Shown: in pieces, positions 20,799 through 31,046 of the stretch | How positions within the stretch are numbered: position 1 is the stretch's first letter | Layout of the letters: each line of letters opens with the position of its first letter | Source of the DNA: Chlorobiota bacterium | GTDB lineage: Bacteria; Bacteroidota; Bacteroidia; Bacteroidales; JAADGE01 | Direction of reading: 5' to 3' | DNA length: 64,000 nucleotides | Assembly (NCBI GenBank): GCA_013152535.1 | Contig: JAADGE010000012.1 | Coordinates: 1,026-65,025 of the forward strand | The notes under the pieces: generated by a model | Told to the model about the DNA's origin: nothing | The model's input: only the letters and a program-made list of their open reading frames with translations | The model's database searches: none | Translations under genes and position numbers: made by a program

Positions 20799-21571
20799 CA
20801 AAAAGACAAAAAATATATACAATCTCAAGTTTAGTTTTAATAGGCTCAGCTCTTATTTTGTATATCCTGTTTGCCAAACAAACTCTTTGTAAAAAAGTCG
20901 AAATTGAATTTATAAATACCGGTAATCAAAATATTATCAACAAAGAAGATATTGAACATATTGTTTTCTCAGAATATAAAAACCTTTTAGGAAGTCCGAT
21001 TGATAATGTCAACCTTTCGCTTCTTGAAAAAAGAATTGAAATGTATCCGTCGGTTAAAAATGCCGATGTTTTTAAAAGAATAAACGGTATTTTAAGTATT
21101 AATGTAGAGCAAAGAAAACCGATTATACGAATTTTTACAAATTCCGGGAAAGGATTTTATATTGATGAAGAAGGTAAATTAATGCCTTTGTCCGAAAACG
21201 GAACTGTAAGAGTTTTAACCGCAAACGGAAATATAAATTATAAATATTTCGGGGAAAATATATCTGTTTTTAAAGATTCTGCCGTTACACAAACAATAAA
21301 AGACTTGTATAATTCGGCAAAATACATACAGTCAGATAATTTTTTAAAAGCTCAAATCGAACAAATATATGTTAAAAATAACGGAGAATACGAATTAGTT
21401 CCCTTAGCCGGCAATCAAATTATTTTACTCGGCGACATGTACGATTATCAAAAAAAATTAGAAAATTTAAAACAGTTTTATCTGAAATATTTAAAAAATC
21501 ATGCTTGGAAAAAATACAAATACATAAGTTTAAAATATCATGGTCAAATAGTGTGCACTAAAAAACAATAA
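20795..21571 (+). CDS. ftsQ: Cell division protein FtsQ/DivIB
   Basis: N-terminal TM helix, POTRA-like region and a Bacteroidota-type tail (ISLKYHGQIVCTK). Lies between murC and ftsA. Confidence 0.85.
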   Translation: MTKRQKIYTISSLVLIGSALILYILFAKQTLCKKVEIEFINTGNQNIINKEDIEHIVFSEYKNLLGSPIDNVNLSLLEKRIEMYPSVKNADVFKRINGILSINVEQRKPIIRIFTNSGKGFYIDEEGKLMPLSENGTVRVLTANGNINYKYFGENISVFKDSAVTQTIKDLYNSAKYIQSDNFLKAQIEQIYVKNNGEYELVPLAGNQIILLGDMYDYQKKLENLKQFYLKYLKNHAWKKYKYISLKYHGQIVCTKKQ

Positions 21572-21597
21572 AATATTAATATTAAACAACTTGCATT

Positions 21598-22923
21598 ATG
21601 AGAGAAATTATTACTGCTGTTGACATCGGAACAACCAAAATTGTCGCTCTTGCCGGAGAAAAAGACGAACAGGGAAAAATCAGAATTATTACAAAAGGCA
21701 GTGTTCCGACCCCGCCGAAAAGTGTAAAACACGGAGTTGTGCTAAACATTGAAACCGTTTCCGGTGCCGTTAATCAGGCAATTAAACTTGCAGAAACTAA
21801 ATCTGACCTTAAATTTAAAGAAGTTTTTATAGGTATTGCCGGACAGCACATTAAAAGTATTCAAAACAGTCATAACATATACATTGATAATGAGGAACAT
21901 ATCATCAAACAAGAAGATGTTAATAAAATTATTTCCGAAATTAAAAGTATCAGTTTAGAACCCGGTCAGGAAATTATTGATATTATCCCGCAGAATTTTA
22001 AGGTTGATTCAGAAAGCGGCATTGATCATCCGGTCGGATTTCACGGGAAAGAATTAACCGGAAATTTCCATATTATCATAGGAGAAAAAACTTCCGCAAA
22101 AAATATTAATCGTTGTTTTGAATTAATCGATATTGTTCCTAAAACTTTATATCTCGAACCAATTGCATCATCGGAAGCTGTTTTAACGGAAGAAGAAAAA
22201 GAAGCCGGAGTTGCATTAATAGACATAGGAGGAGGAACAACCGATATTGCTGTTTTTACCGACGGAATATTAAGACATACTGCTGTTATTCCTTTCGGCG
22301 GAAACGTTATTACAAAAGATATAAAAGAAGCCTATAAAATTCTTAATAAACATGCTGAAAGTCTGAAAATTGAATGCGGGACGGCATTAAGCGAATTTGC
22401 AAAAAAAGACAGTATAGCTGTCATACCCGGAATTAACGGCAGAGAACAAAAAGAAATTGAATTAAGTGAATTGTCGAAAGTCATTCAGGCTCGAATGGAA
22501 GAAATTATTGAAATCATAAATTTTGAACTGCTTAATTCCGGATACAGAAATAAATTAGCAGCAGGAATTGCTCTGACAGGCGGCGGTGCCTTACTGGAAA
22601 ATTTACCGCAATTAATGAAATATAAAACCGGATTAGACGTAAAAGTATCTCGTCCGTCAGAAAATATTTCTTCGGGCGGAGCAAGAGTAAACAGTCCAAA
22701 ACTCTCAACAGCAGTAGGCTTAATCTTGCTTGGTTTTGAAAATGCCGACACTTTTGATTTTACATCCGTTCAAAAGAAAAAAAAGAAAAAAAGAAAAAAA
22801 GAAAACGAAGAAACAAAATCTTCAACCAACGGACTTAAATCAATTTTTTCAAAACTTACAGAAAACGTCAAACAAAAAACTATTGATTTTTTCGATGAAG
22901 AGGATACGGAATTCAATGAATAA
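21598..22923 (+). CDS. ftsA: Cell division protein FtsA
   Basis: DIGTTKI, DIGGGTTD, GGNVITKDI and LTGGGA. Confidence 0.96.
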   Translation: MREIITAVDIGTTKIVALAGEKDEQGKIRIITKGSVPTPPKSVKHGVVLNIETVSGAVNQAIKLAETKSDLKFKEVFIGIAGQHIKSIQNSHNIYIDNEEHIIKQEDVNKIISEIKSISLEPGQEIIDIIPQNFKVDSESGIDHPVGFHGKELTGNFHIIIGEKTSAKNINRCFELIDIVPKTLYLEPIASSEAVLTEEEKEAGVALIDIGGGTTDIAVFTDGILRHTAVIPFGGNVITKDIKEAYKILNKHAESLKIECGTALSEFAKKDSIAVIPGINGREQKEIELSELSKVIQARMEEIIEIINFELLNSGYRNKLAAGIALTGGGALLENLPQLMKYKTGLDVKVSRPSENISSGGARVNSPKLSTAVGLILLGFENADTFDFTSVQKKKKKKRKKENEETKSSTNGLKSIFSKLTENVKQKTIDFFDEEDTEFNE

Positions 22924-23004
22924 TAAATTCCGCAGAGACTGAGAGTTTTTTAGTCGAAAAAAATACACCTTAACTATTGATTAAAATGAATTAAAAAATT
23001 AACC

Positions 23005-24447
23005 ATGGAAGATTTATTAGAATTTAATTTACCCGTAAATTTTAAAACCATTATAAAAGTAATCGGTGTAGGCGGCGGCGGAAGTAATGCTGTCAATTTT
23101 ATGCACGACAAAGGTATCAGCGGAGTCGATTTTATTGTTGCAAATACCGATGTGCAGGCACTGGCAAAAAGTCCTGTCAGTAAAAAGGTTCAATTGGGAA
23201 GGACTTTAACCGAAGGTTTAGGTGCCGGCAATCAACCCGACAAAGGCAGAGAAGCCGCTATTGAAAACATAGAAGATCTTAAAAGCATTCTTTCGGAAGG
23301 AACAAAAATGGTTTTTATAACTGCCGGAATGGGCGGAGGTACAGGTACCGGAGCCGCACCGGTAATTGCCGAAGCCGCCAAAGAAATGGGTATTCTTACC
23401 GTCGGAATTGTTACAATTCCGTTTCGATATGAAGGCAGAAAACGCATTAAAAGTGCTATTGAAGGCATCACAAAAATGGAAAAAAATGTTGATGCTTTAT
23501 TGATAATTAATAATGAAAAAATTCGTGAAATATACGGTAATCTCGCCGGTTCAAAAGCTTTCGGCAAAGCCGACGAAGTTTTAACAGTTGCCGCAAAAGG
23601 TATAGCGGAAATAATTACGGTAGAAGGTCATATAAATGTGGATTTTGCTGATGTTGAAACAGTAATGAAAAGCAGCGGCATTGCTTTAATGGGAACAGGA
23701 GAAGGAACCGGAGAAAACAGAGCACAAATAGCCGTAAAAGCTGCATTAACATCTCCTTTACTTGATAATACGGATATTAAAGGTGCAAAAAATATTTTAC
23801 TGAATATCGTTTCGGGAGAGCAGGAAGCAACTATGGATGAAATCAGTTATATTAATGAATATGTGCAAGAGCAAGCCGGCAATAATGCTGATTTAATTTG
23901 GGGAACAAATGTCAATCGTTCATTGGGTGAGAAAATTGTTATAACAATTATAGCAACCGGTTTCGGAACACACGATATTCCGGAAATATACCTTAATAAT
24001 ACTATAGAAGAAGAAGATGACAAGCCGAAAGAAAAAAATATTATTCTGATTGGGGGAGACAAAAAGCCGACTACAACAGAAGTTGAATTTACCCTTAATA
24101 ATAAACACGATTCTGAAATCAGAATAAAAAAACCGACTCAGATTAAAGAGTTTAAAGAGGATGAAATTTTTGTAAAAGATATTTTACCGGAACAAAAAAC
24201 ACATAGTTATAATGAAATATCAACAGCTCCCGTAATTGACAATTCCGAACAAAAACAAAAACTAACTAATTATTTATCTTATGTTGAAGAATTGGAAAAT
24301 ATTCCGGCATATAAACGTAAAGGATTGGATATCAACAAAGAAAGAGATTCGGAGAATACAAAATTCTCACGAGAAACCTTATCCGATGATACCGGAGAAA
24401 TTTCAATTAAAGAAAATAATCCTTATTTACATGATAAAGCTGATTAA
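23005..24447 (+). CDS. ftsZ: Cell division protein FtsZ
   Basis: [19 protein letters not shown] and NVDFADV, with the Bacteroidota tail IPAYKR...NPYLHDKAD. Confidence 0.98.
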   Translation: MEDLLEFNLPVNFKTIIKVIGVGGGGSNAVNFMHDKGISGVDFIVANTDVQALAKSPVSKKVQLGRTLTEGLGAGNQPDKGREAAIENIEDLKSILSEGTKMVFITAGMGGGTGTGAAPVIAEAAKEMGILTVGIVTIPFRYEGRKRIKSAIEGITKMEKNVDALLIINNEKIREIYGNLAGSKAFGKADEVLTVAAKGIAEIITVEGHINVDFADVETVMKSSGIALMGTGEGTGENRAQIAVKAALTSPLLDNTDIKGAKNILLNIVSGEQEATMDEISYINEYVQEQAGNNADLIWGTNVNRSLGEKIVITIIATGFGTHDIPEIYLNNTIEEEDDKPKEKNIILIGGDKKPTTTEVEFTLNNKHDSEIRIKKPTQIKEFKEDEIFVKDILPEQKTHSYNEISTAPVIDNSEQKQKLTNYLSYVEELENIPAYKRKGLDINKERDSENTKFSRETLSDDTGEISIKENNPYLHDKAD

Positions 24448-24470
24448 CACTTGATACCTGTTATAATGCA

Positions 24471-24509
24471 AACATCTCGACAGTAATAATTGTCGGGATG
24501 TTATTTTTT
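24471..24509 (+). terminator. Intrinsic terminator after ftsZ
   Basis: AACATCTCGACA-N8-TGTCGGGATGTT followed by ATTTTTT. Confidence 0.75.
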
Positions 24510-24514
24510 ATAAA

Positions 24515-24609
24515 ATATGAGTTCGATATATGCTAATTAATAAAATTTACAAGTAAAAAAGAATGCACCGTCAGCTTTCTGTGAGAAAAATTTTATATCG
24601 AACTCAAGT
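24515..24609. mobile_element. MITE-like element, copy 1
   Basis: Terminal inverted repeats TGAGTTCGATATA (24518-24530) and TATATCGAACTCA (24594-24606). Its right end shares CTGTGAG..AAATTTTATATCGAACTCAAG with the copy at 40031-40089. Confidence 0.7.
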
Positions 24610-26100
24610 TAAACGATTTAATTTCCAATTTGATTTTGATACCGACATGTTGCTTTTAAAAGTTTTACCTTTTTGTTCTTTTTCATAAAAAACTTGTGCG
24701 GCAATAATTGCAGCAAGCATTTGCTCATCTTCATCCGGCTTATTTTCAAGTAATTCGGGTTTAAAATAATTATTCACAAAACCGGTACAATAAGTTCCTT
24801 TTTGAAAAGCATCATTCTGCATTACAAATTTTCCAAAAGGCAAAGTTGTTTCAATGCCTGTAACCTTATAATCATCAACGGCTCTTATCATACGTTCTAT
24901 AGCTTCCGTTCTGTCTTTTCCGTATGTTATAAGTTTAGAAATCATCGGGTCGTAATAAATCGGAATTTCCATCCCTTCTTCAAAGCCGTCGTCAACCCTC
25001 ACACCCGGTCCTTCCGGTTTTTTATATTGAATAAGTTTCCCGATATCGGGTAAAAAATTGTTCTTGGGGTCTTCGGCATATACGCGCACTTCAATTGCAT
25101 GACCGTTAATTTTTAAATCTTCTTGCGAAAAACTCAACTTTTTGTCTTCGGCAACTCGAATTTGCTCTTTCACCAAATCAATTCCGGTAATCAGTTCGGT
25201 AACAGGATGTTCCACTTGCAGGCGAGTGTTCATTTCGAGAAAATAAAACTTCCCTTTATCATATAAAAATTCAACTGTTCCGGCACCCGTATAATTGCAG
25301 GATTTTGCAACATTAACAGCAGTTTTTCCCATCTCCTTTCTCAGTTCGGGCGTTAAAACCGCTGAAGGTGCTTCCTCAATAACTTTTTGATGCCTTCGCT
25401 GAATAGAACATTCTCTTTCAAAAAGATAGACGGTATTTCCGAAATTATCCGCCATTATTTGAATTTCGATATGGCGAGGAGCAGTAAAATATTTTTCTAT
25501 AAAAACCGAACCGTTTCCGAATGCCGAAGTTGCTTCGTTAACCGCCATATTCATTTGTTCTTCAAAATCTTCAGGCTTTTCGACCACGCGCATTCCTTTT
25601 CCGCCGCCGCCTGCAGCTGCTTTTATCAATATCGGATATCCTATTCCTTTTGCAATTTCTTTAGCTGCCTCAATATCGGTAATTGCCTTATCTGTTCCCG
25701 GTATCATAGGAATATTATAGTTTTTTACGGTAGCCTTTGCCTGTAATTTATTGCCCATTAATTTTATGGCTTCGGGTTCGGGACCTATAAAAATTAATCC
25801 GGCATCTTTTACGGATTTTGCAAAATCAGCATTTTCCGATAAAAATCCGTAACCGGGATGAACGGCATCAACATTCAGTTGCTTGCAAAAATCAATAATT
25901 TTATCGCCGAGCAAATACGATTGATTCGAAGGCGGCGGACCGAGCAAAACGGCTTCGTCGGCATATTTTATGTGCGGTGAATTTCTGTCGGCTTCCGAAT
26001 ACACGGCAACAGTTTTTATTCCGAGTTCTTTGCACGAACGCATCACTCTTAAAGCAATTTCACCTCTGTTGGCAATTAGTATCTTTTTAATTTTTCCCAT
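24604..26100 (-). CDS. accC: Biotin carboxylase subunit (acetyl-/propionyl-CoA carboxylase type)
   Basis: LIANRGEIA, HPGYGFLSEN, GGGGKGMR, ERECSIQRRHQK and EMNTRLQVEH. The exact partner carboxylase is unknown. Confidence 0.9.
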   Translation of the reverse strand: MGKIKKILIANRGEIALRVMRSCKELGIKTVAVYSEADRNSPHIKYADEAVLLGPPPSNQSYLLGDKIIDFCKQLNVDAVHPGYGFLSENADFAKSVKDAGLIFIGPEPEAIKLMGNKLQAKATVKNYNIPMIPGTDKAITDIEAAKEIAKGIGYPILIKAAAGGGGKGMRVVEKPEDFEEQMNMAVNEATSAFGNGSVFIEKYFTAPRHIEIQIMADNFGNTVYLFERECSIQRRHQKVIEEAPSAVLTPELRKEMGKTAVNVAKSCNYTGAGTVEFLYDKGKFYFLEMNTRLQVEHPVTELITGIDLVKEQIRVAEDKKLSFSQEDLKINGHAIEVRVYAEDPKNNFLPDIGKLIQYKKPEGPGVRVDDGFEEGMEIPIYYDPMISKLITYGKDRTEAIERMIRAVDDYKVTGIETTLPFGKFVMQNDAFQKGTYCTGFVNNYFKPELLENKPDEDEQMLAAIIAAQVFYEKEQKGKTFKSNMSVSKSNWKLNRLT

Positions 26101-26208
26101 TCTGATTATCTGAAATTTTTGTTTGCTAAATTAATAATTTTAGGCTTTTATTGATATAACCGGATAATTTACTTTAAAAATTATTCATTGTTAATTTACA
26201 ATTGTCAA

Positions 26209-27750
26209 TTATTTACCCGCCCCAACTGTCTCTGTCCAACTGCGATATTGAATAGCTTCGGCAAGGTGTTCGGTTTTTATATTTTCAGAAGATACCAAAT
26301 CGGCAATAGTTCTCGAAACTTTTAAAATACGGTCGTAAGCACGTGCCGACAAGCCCAAACGTTCCATTGCATTTTTAAGTAAAGAACTTCCGGCTTGGTC
26401 AATTTGACAATAAATGCGCATCATTTTGGAAGTCATTTGAGCATTACTGTGTATTTCTTTATATGCTTTAAAACGTTCTTCCTGAATTTCACGTGCGGCA
26501 ATAACACGCTTTCTCACTGTTTCACTACTTTCTCCGGGTGCTGTATCCGAAAGTTTTCCGAACGGAACAGGAACAACTTCTATGTGAATATCAATTCGGT
26601 CGAGTAAAGGACCTGAAATTTTATTCAAATATTTTTGAACGGCACCTGCAGAACAAACACATTCTCTTTCGGGATGATTATAATAACCGCAGGGACATGG
26701 ATTCATAGATGCGACAAGCATAAAACTTGAGGGATATTCTACGGTAAATCGGGCTCTCGAAATGGTAATTTTTCGGTCTTCCAAAGGTTGCCGCATCACT
26801 TCGAGAACGGTTCGTTTAAATTCCGGTAATTCGTCAAGAAAAAGCACTCCGTTATGTGCCAAAGATATTTCTCCCGGTTGCGGAAACTGACCGCCGCCGA
26901 CCAAAGCAACATCACTTATTGTATGATGCGGCGACCTGAAAGGTCTTTTTGTAATCAGCGAAGTGTTTTTTTCGGTTTTCCCGGCAACGGAATGAATTTT
27001 GGTAGTTTCCAGAGCTTCGTTTAATGTTAAAGGCGGCAAAATTCCCGGAATACGTTTTGAAATCATTGTTTTCCCGGCACCCGGAGGTCCTATCATAATA
27101 ATGTTATGTCCGCCGGCTGCTGCAATTTCCAAAGCACGTTTTACATTTTCCTGACCTTTTACATCAATAAAATCAAGCTCGGAATTATTTACATTTTCAT
27201 AAAACTCTTTTCGTGTATCAACAATTGTCGGTTTAAGCTCTGTTTTTCCTTCAAAAAAATCAATAACTTCTTTAATGTTTTCGACACCGTAAACTTCTAA
27301 ATTATTAACTACTGCAGCTTCTCGTGCATTTTCTTTCGGTAAAATAAATCCTTTAAATTTTTCGGAACGTGCATTTACGGCAATCGGCAAAACACCTTTT
27401 ATAGGCTGCAAAGCTCCGTCGAGCGAAAGTTCACCCATAATAACATATTTATCAACTTCTGCGGCATTAATTTGTTCGGAAGCGGCAAGAATTCCCACGG
27501 CAAGCGTAAGGTCGTAAGCTGAACCTTCTTTTCGAATATCGGCAGGAGCCATATTGATAACCACCTTTTTCCCGGGAATTTTGTAACCGTGTTCCCGCAA
27601 TGCCGATTCAATTCGTTGCTGACTTTCTTTTACGGCAGCATCGGGCAGTCCGACCAAATAAAAGTTTGCTCCTCGCGAAACATTAACTTCCACCGTTATG
27701 GTAACGGCATCAACGCCCTGAACGGCACTTCCGTACGTTTTTACAAGCAT
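26209..27750 (-). CDS. comM: YifB/ComM Mg-chelatase-like AAA+ ATPase (probable 1-bp frameshift in the last 8 codons)
   Basis: [36 protein letters not shown] and SGPLLDRID. Confidence 0.93.
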   Translation of the reverse strand: MLVKTYGSAVQGVDAVTITVEVNVSRGANFYLVGLPDAAVKESQQRIESALREHGYKIPGKKVVINMAPADIRKEGSAYDLTLAVGILAASEQINAAEVDKYVIMGELSLDGALQPIKGVLPIAVNARSEKFKGFILPKENAREAAVVNNLEVYGVENIKEVIDFFEGKTELKPTIVDTRKEFYENVNNSELDFIDVKGQENVKRALEIAAAGGHNIIMIGPPGAGKTMISKRIPGILPPLTLNEALETTKIHSVAGKTEKNTSLITKRPFRSPHHTISDVALVGGGQFPQPGEISLAHNGVLFLDELPEFKRTVLEVMRQPLEDRKITISRARFTVEYPSSFMLVASMNPCPCGYYNHPERECVCSAGAVQKYLNKISGPLLDRIDIHIEVVPVPFGKLSDTAPGESSETVRKRVIAAREIQEERFKAYKEIHSNAQMTSKMMRIYCQIDQAGSSLLKNAMERLGLSARAYDRILKVSRTIADLVSSENIKTEHLAEAIQYRSWTETVGAGK

Positions 27751-27945
27751 AAAAATATTTTTCAATAAAATGTGAAAGTACTAAGAATTTTTGAAAGATA
27801 AAATTTTCAAATTTATTGAATATATAAGTTTAGTATAGTCTTTGGTATAGTTTATGTTTAATTGTTTTAGAATAAATACTGTAAGTAAGATTGAAAATTT
27901 TCTTGGTATGCTTTTTGAAACAGATAAAAATATCAAATAAAAAGA

Positions 27946-28155
27946 ATGGAAAACACTATACGAGTCGAAAGAGCCAAAAAACGAATTACACAGGCAGAAT
28001 TGGCAAAACAGGTACATGTTTCCAGACAAACTATTCATGCAGTTGAAAATAAAAAATTTGTGCCTTCTACACTTCTTGCCTTAAAAATTGCACGCTATTT
28101 CGGTATTGCTATTGAAGATTTATTTATTCTTGAAAAATCTGATTTAGAAAAATAA
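27946..28155 (+). CDS. Small XRE-family HTH regulator
   Basis: TQAELA...VSRQTIHAVE...PSTLLALKIA...IEDLF. Confidence 0.9.
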   Translation: MENTIRVERAKKRITQAELAKQVHVSRQTIHAVENKKFVPSTLLALKIARYFGIAIEDLFILEKSDLEK

Positions 28156-28188
28156 TTATTCCCGCTGTTTTAAGACTGAATTGTTCAT

Positions 28189-29004
28189 ATGAAGAAGCCC
28201 CTGAAACTGAAATTATATGAAATTGTCTTTGAGGCAGATACACCCGCCGGTAAAGCATTTGACGTTATTTTATTAATTGCTGTTTTATTCAGTGCTTTTG
28301 TTGTAATGGCAGAAAGCATCGAAAGTGTTTCCGATAAATACCATACATTTTTTAAATTTTCGGAATGGTCGATAACCGTTATTTTTACCTTAGAATATTT
28401 TCTGCGAATTTGGTTGGTTAAAAAAAAATCGACCTATATTTTCAGTTTTTACGGTTTAATTGATTTTTTTTCCGTAATACCGACTTATTTGGGATTTTTT
28501 ATTCCGGGAGGATCTTCCGGTTTGGCAATTATACGATCATTGCGATTATTAAGAATTTTTCGAATTTTTAAATTATCTCGCTATGTATCGGAAAGTCAAA
28601 TTTTGGTAAAAGCCATGCTTTCGAGTCGTCATAAAATAGGCGTTTTTTTCTTTTTTGTAATTATGATCGTTATTATTCTCGGTTCAATAATGTATATTGT
28701 TGAAAGTAAAGAAAGCGGTTTCACCAGTATTCCTCAAAGTATCTATTGGGCTGTAGTTACCTTAACAACTGTTGGTTACGGAGATATTGCTCCGGCAACG
28801 GCATTGGGAAAATTTATTGCCGGTGTCGTAATGATTTTGGGTTATGCAATTATTGCCGTTCCAACGGGCATCGTAACTTCCGAAATGAACAGATTTAATA
28901 AAAATAAAGTGATTACAACACAGGTTTGTCCCAATTGTTTAAAAGAAGGACACGATACGGATGCGGAATTTTGTAAATTTTGCGGTACGAAAATTAATCC
29001 TTAA
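28189..29004 (+). CDS. Voltage-gated potassium channel (ion transporter)
   Basis: S4 segment RSLRLLRIFRIFK, selectivity filter TTVGYGD and a C-terminal CxxC...CxxC. Confidence 0.95.
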   Translation: MKKPLKLKLYEIVFEADTPAGKAFDVILLIAVLFSAFVVMAESIESVSDKYHTFFKFSEWSITVIFTLEYFLRIWLVKKKSTYIFSFYGLIDFFSVIPTYLGFFIPGGSSGLAIIRSLRLLRIFRIFKLSRYVSESQILVKAMLSSRHKIGVFFFFVIMIVIILGSIMYIVESKESGFTSIPQSIYWAVVTLTTVGYGDIAPATALGKFIAGVVMILGYAIIAVPTGIVTSEMNRFNKNKVITTQVCPNCLKEGHDTDAEFCKFCGTKINP

Positions 29005-29117
29005 TCATATTCGTAATTAATTATAAAAATCGGAAATCAATATGCATTACTTTTCTGCTTTGATAAATTATGTCGTATATTTGATAAAATTATATTTACA
29101 GACTAAAATCAAATATT

Positions 29118-29858
29118 ATGAGTTTAATTATTATTTTCACAATCATAGTTATCCTGTTTTTATTTACGGGAATTCGAATTATTTTTGAATATAAAAGAGG
29201 TATTAAATTTCGTTTCGGGAAATATGTAAAAACACTGAAACCGGGTTTTCGTTGGATTATTCCTTTTGTTGAAACCCTGCAAATTGTTGATATTCGTGTT
29301 ATTACATTCAATATTCAATCGCAGGAAGTAATGACTAAAGATAATGTTCCGAGCAAAATTGACGGTGTCGTATTTTTTAAAATTATTGATCCCGAAAAAG
29401 CCGTTTTGGAAGTTGAAGAATATTCATTTGCTATTGCTCAATTATCGCAAGCTGCTCTGAGAGACGTTTGCGGGAAAGTAGAGTTGGACACAATTTTGTC
29501 GAAACGTGAAGAAATCGGAAAAAATATTCGAGAAGCAGTTGACAAAGAAACTGAACCTTGGGGCATTAAAGTTTTGGATGTTAAAATTAAGGACATTCAG
29601 CTTCCCGAGAATATGAGACGAATTATGGCAAACCAAGCTGAAGCCGAACGCACAAGAAGAGCACGAATTATTCTGGCTCAGGCAGAAGAACAAGCTGCCG
29701 ACAAATTACTGGAAGCCGGAAAAAAGATGGATCAATCACCGTCAGCAATGAAATTACGGTTGTATCAAACTTTGGCAAATATAGCATCCGAGAAGAATTC
29801 GACCATCGTATTCCCGTTCCCGGAAGAAATTTTGCCGAGAAAAGATAAGAATTCATAA
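29118..29858 (+). CDS. SPFH/stomatin (slipin) family protein
   Basis: PGFRWIIPF, VDIR, TKDNV, QAALR and QAEAER. Confidence 0.93.
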   Translation: MSLIIIFTIIVILFLFTGIRIIFEYKRGIKFRFGKYVKTLKPGFRWIIPFVETLQIVDIRVITFNIQSQEVMTKDNVPSKIDGVVFFKIIDPEKAVLEVEEYSFAIAQLSQAALRDVCGKVELDTILSKREEIGKNIREAVDKETEPWGIKVLDVKIKDIQLPENMRRIMANQAEAERTRRARIILAQAEEQAADKLLEAGKKMDQSPSAMKLRLYQTLANIASEKNSTIVFPFPEEILPRKDKNS

Positions 29859-29927
29859 GGCTGCATATATATCAGGCACTCAACATGTTAATGATTTCAA
29901 AATTTTTATGCTGCATTGCTAAAATCT

Positions 29928-29977
29928 AAGTATTCTTTGCGTGAAATTAAATAAGTTTTTTCACGCAAAGAATACTT
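29928..29977. terminator. Perfect 19-bp inverted repeat between convergent genes (bidirectional terminator or REP-like family C)
   Basis: AAGTATTCTTTGCGTGAAA-N12-TTTCACGCAAAGAATACTT. Confidence 0.75.
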
Positions 29978-30012
29978 TTATAATCATTAATCTTTATTTT
30001 TGCAGAACAAAA

Positions 30013-30537
30013 TTATAATAATTTCAAAATTGACTTATCAAAAGGTTTGGTTTTGGAATAAAAAACATTCAATAAATTCCCGTTTTCATCAATAATGTAT
30101 TTTTGGAAATTCCATTTTATTTTTGAATCAAGTACACCGTTTTTGTCTTTTTGTGTCAGCCATTGATAAACGGGATGTATGTTTTTCCCTTTTACATGAA
30201 TTTTTGCCATCATCGGAAAAGTAACACCGTAGTTTAAAGTACAAAACGATTTTATTTCTTCATTTGTTCCGGGTTCTTGTTTTAAAAAATCATTTGCCGG
30301 AAAACCAATAATAACAAAATTGCTGTCTTTATATGCTTCGTATAATTTTTCTAAGTCAGAATATTGAGGCGTATATCCGCACTTTGATGCCGTGTTTACA
30401 ATCATTACTTTTTTACCTTTTAATTGTTCGAAACTGAACGGTTTACCGTCAATAGTTTCAGCCTTTAAGGCGTAAAAATTTTGTGCATTTATTGTCATCA
30501 TTTGGAATAAGAATAATAGTGAGAAAATAATTTTCAT
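30013..30537 (-). CDS. Cys-type glutathione peroxidase with signal peptide
   Basis: VNTASKCGYTPQY, GFPANDF..QEPG and KWNFQK. Confidence 0.95.
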   Translation of the reverse strand: MKIIFSLLFLFQMMTINAQNFYALKAETIDGKPFSFEQLKGKKVMIVNTASKCGYTPQYSDLEKLYEAYKDSNFVIIGFPANDFLKQEPGTNEEIKSFCTLNYGVTFPMMAKIHVKGKNIHPVYQWLTQKDKNGVLDSKIKWNFQKYIIDENGNLLNVFYSKTKPFDKSILKLL

Positions 30538-30771
30538 CTTGTTTTTTTAAAGTTTCAATTAAGATTTATACAAATAAACAAAAAAACTCCGTTCCGCAAA
30601 AAGAAAAGGAGTTTTTTATCTCTTTATTTTAATTAAAGAACAAAAAAGGAACTAATGAAACATTTACACATATTTTATCAATATTAGAAGTACTGCGGAT
30701 TATTTGAACAGTTGATACTTATTGTATCCTTTTAACAAAAAATATATACAGGCAAGAATAAATATATCGAA

Positions 30772-31041
30772 CTACAATAAATTAAATTTTACGGCAGCTA
30801 TCCAGTAGATGAAAATTGCAAATGCTCCGAAAAAGAAAGTCATTGCATATTTATTAATCCGATTTGCTTTTGTTTCTTTAAATTTAGATTTTATACCGAG
30901 TAAAATAAAGCCCAATCCTAAAAAGATAAATATTCCAAGACTGACATAATCGTCATTCATCATATAATTCAATACGGAAATAATAATCATTACAATTCCT
31001 GCAACTGTTGCGATATGGTTGTTTTTTTTGTCAGAAGGCAT
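30772..31041 (-). CDS. Small membrane hypothetical protein (3 TM)
   Basis: 89-aa ORF with three hydrophobic segments, starting 6 nt after the upstream gene. Confidence 0.65.
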   Translation of the reverse strand: MPSDKKNNHIATVAGIVMIIISVLNYMMNDDYVSLGIFIFLGLGFILLGIKSKFKETKANRINKYAMTFFFGAFAIFIYWIAAVKFNLL

Positions 31042-31046
31042 TTTTG

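Noticed and set aside
22770-22810. A-rich tract in ftsA as a slippage or phase-variation site
   Set aside because: The runs are interrupted by G and encode a Lys-rich linker. The frame is intact through to the amphipathic tail.
9184-24447. Absence of murF and ddl from the dcw cluster
   Set aside because: This is the normal arrangement in Bacteroidota, where these genes lie elsewhere.
30013-30537. Possible selenoprotein glutathione peroxidase
   Set aside because: The active-site codon is TGC (Cys) and there is no in-frame TGA.
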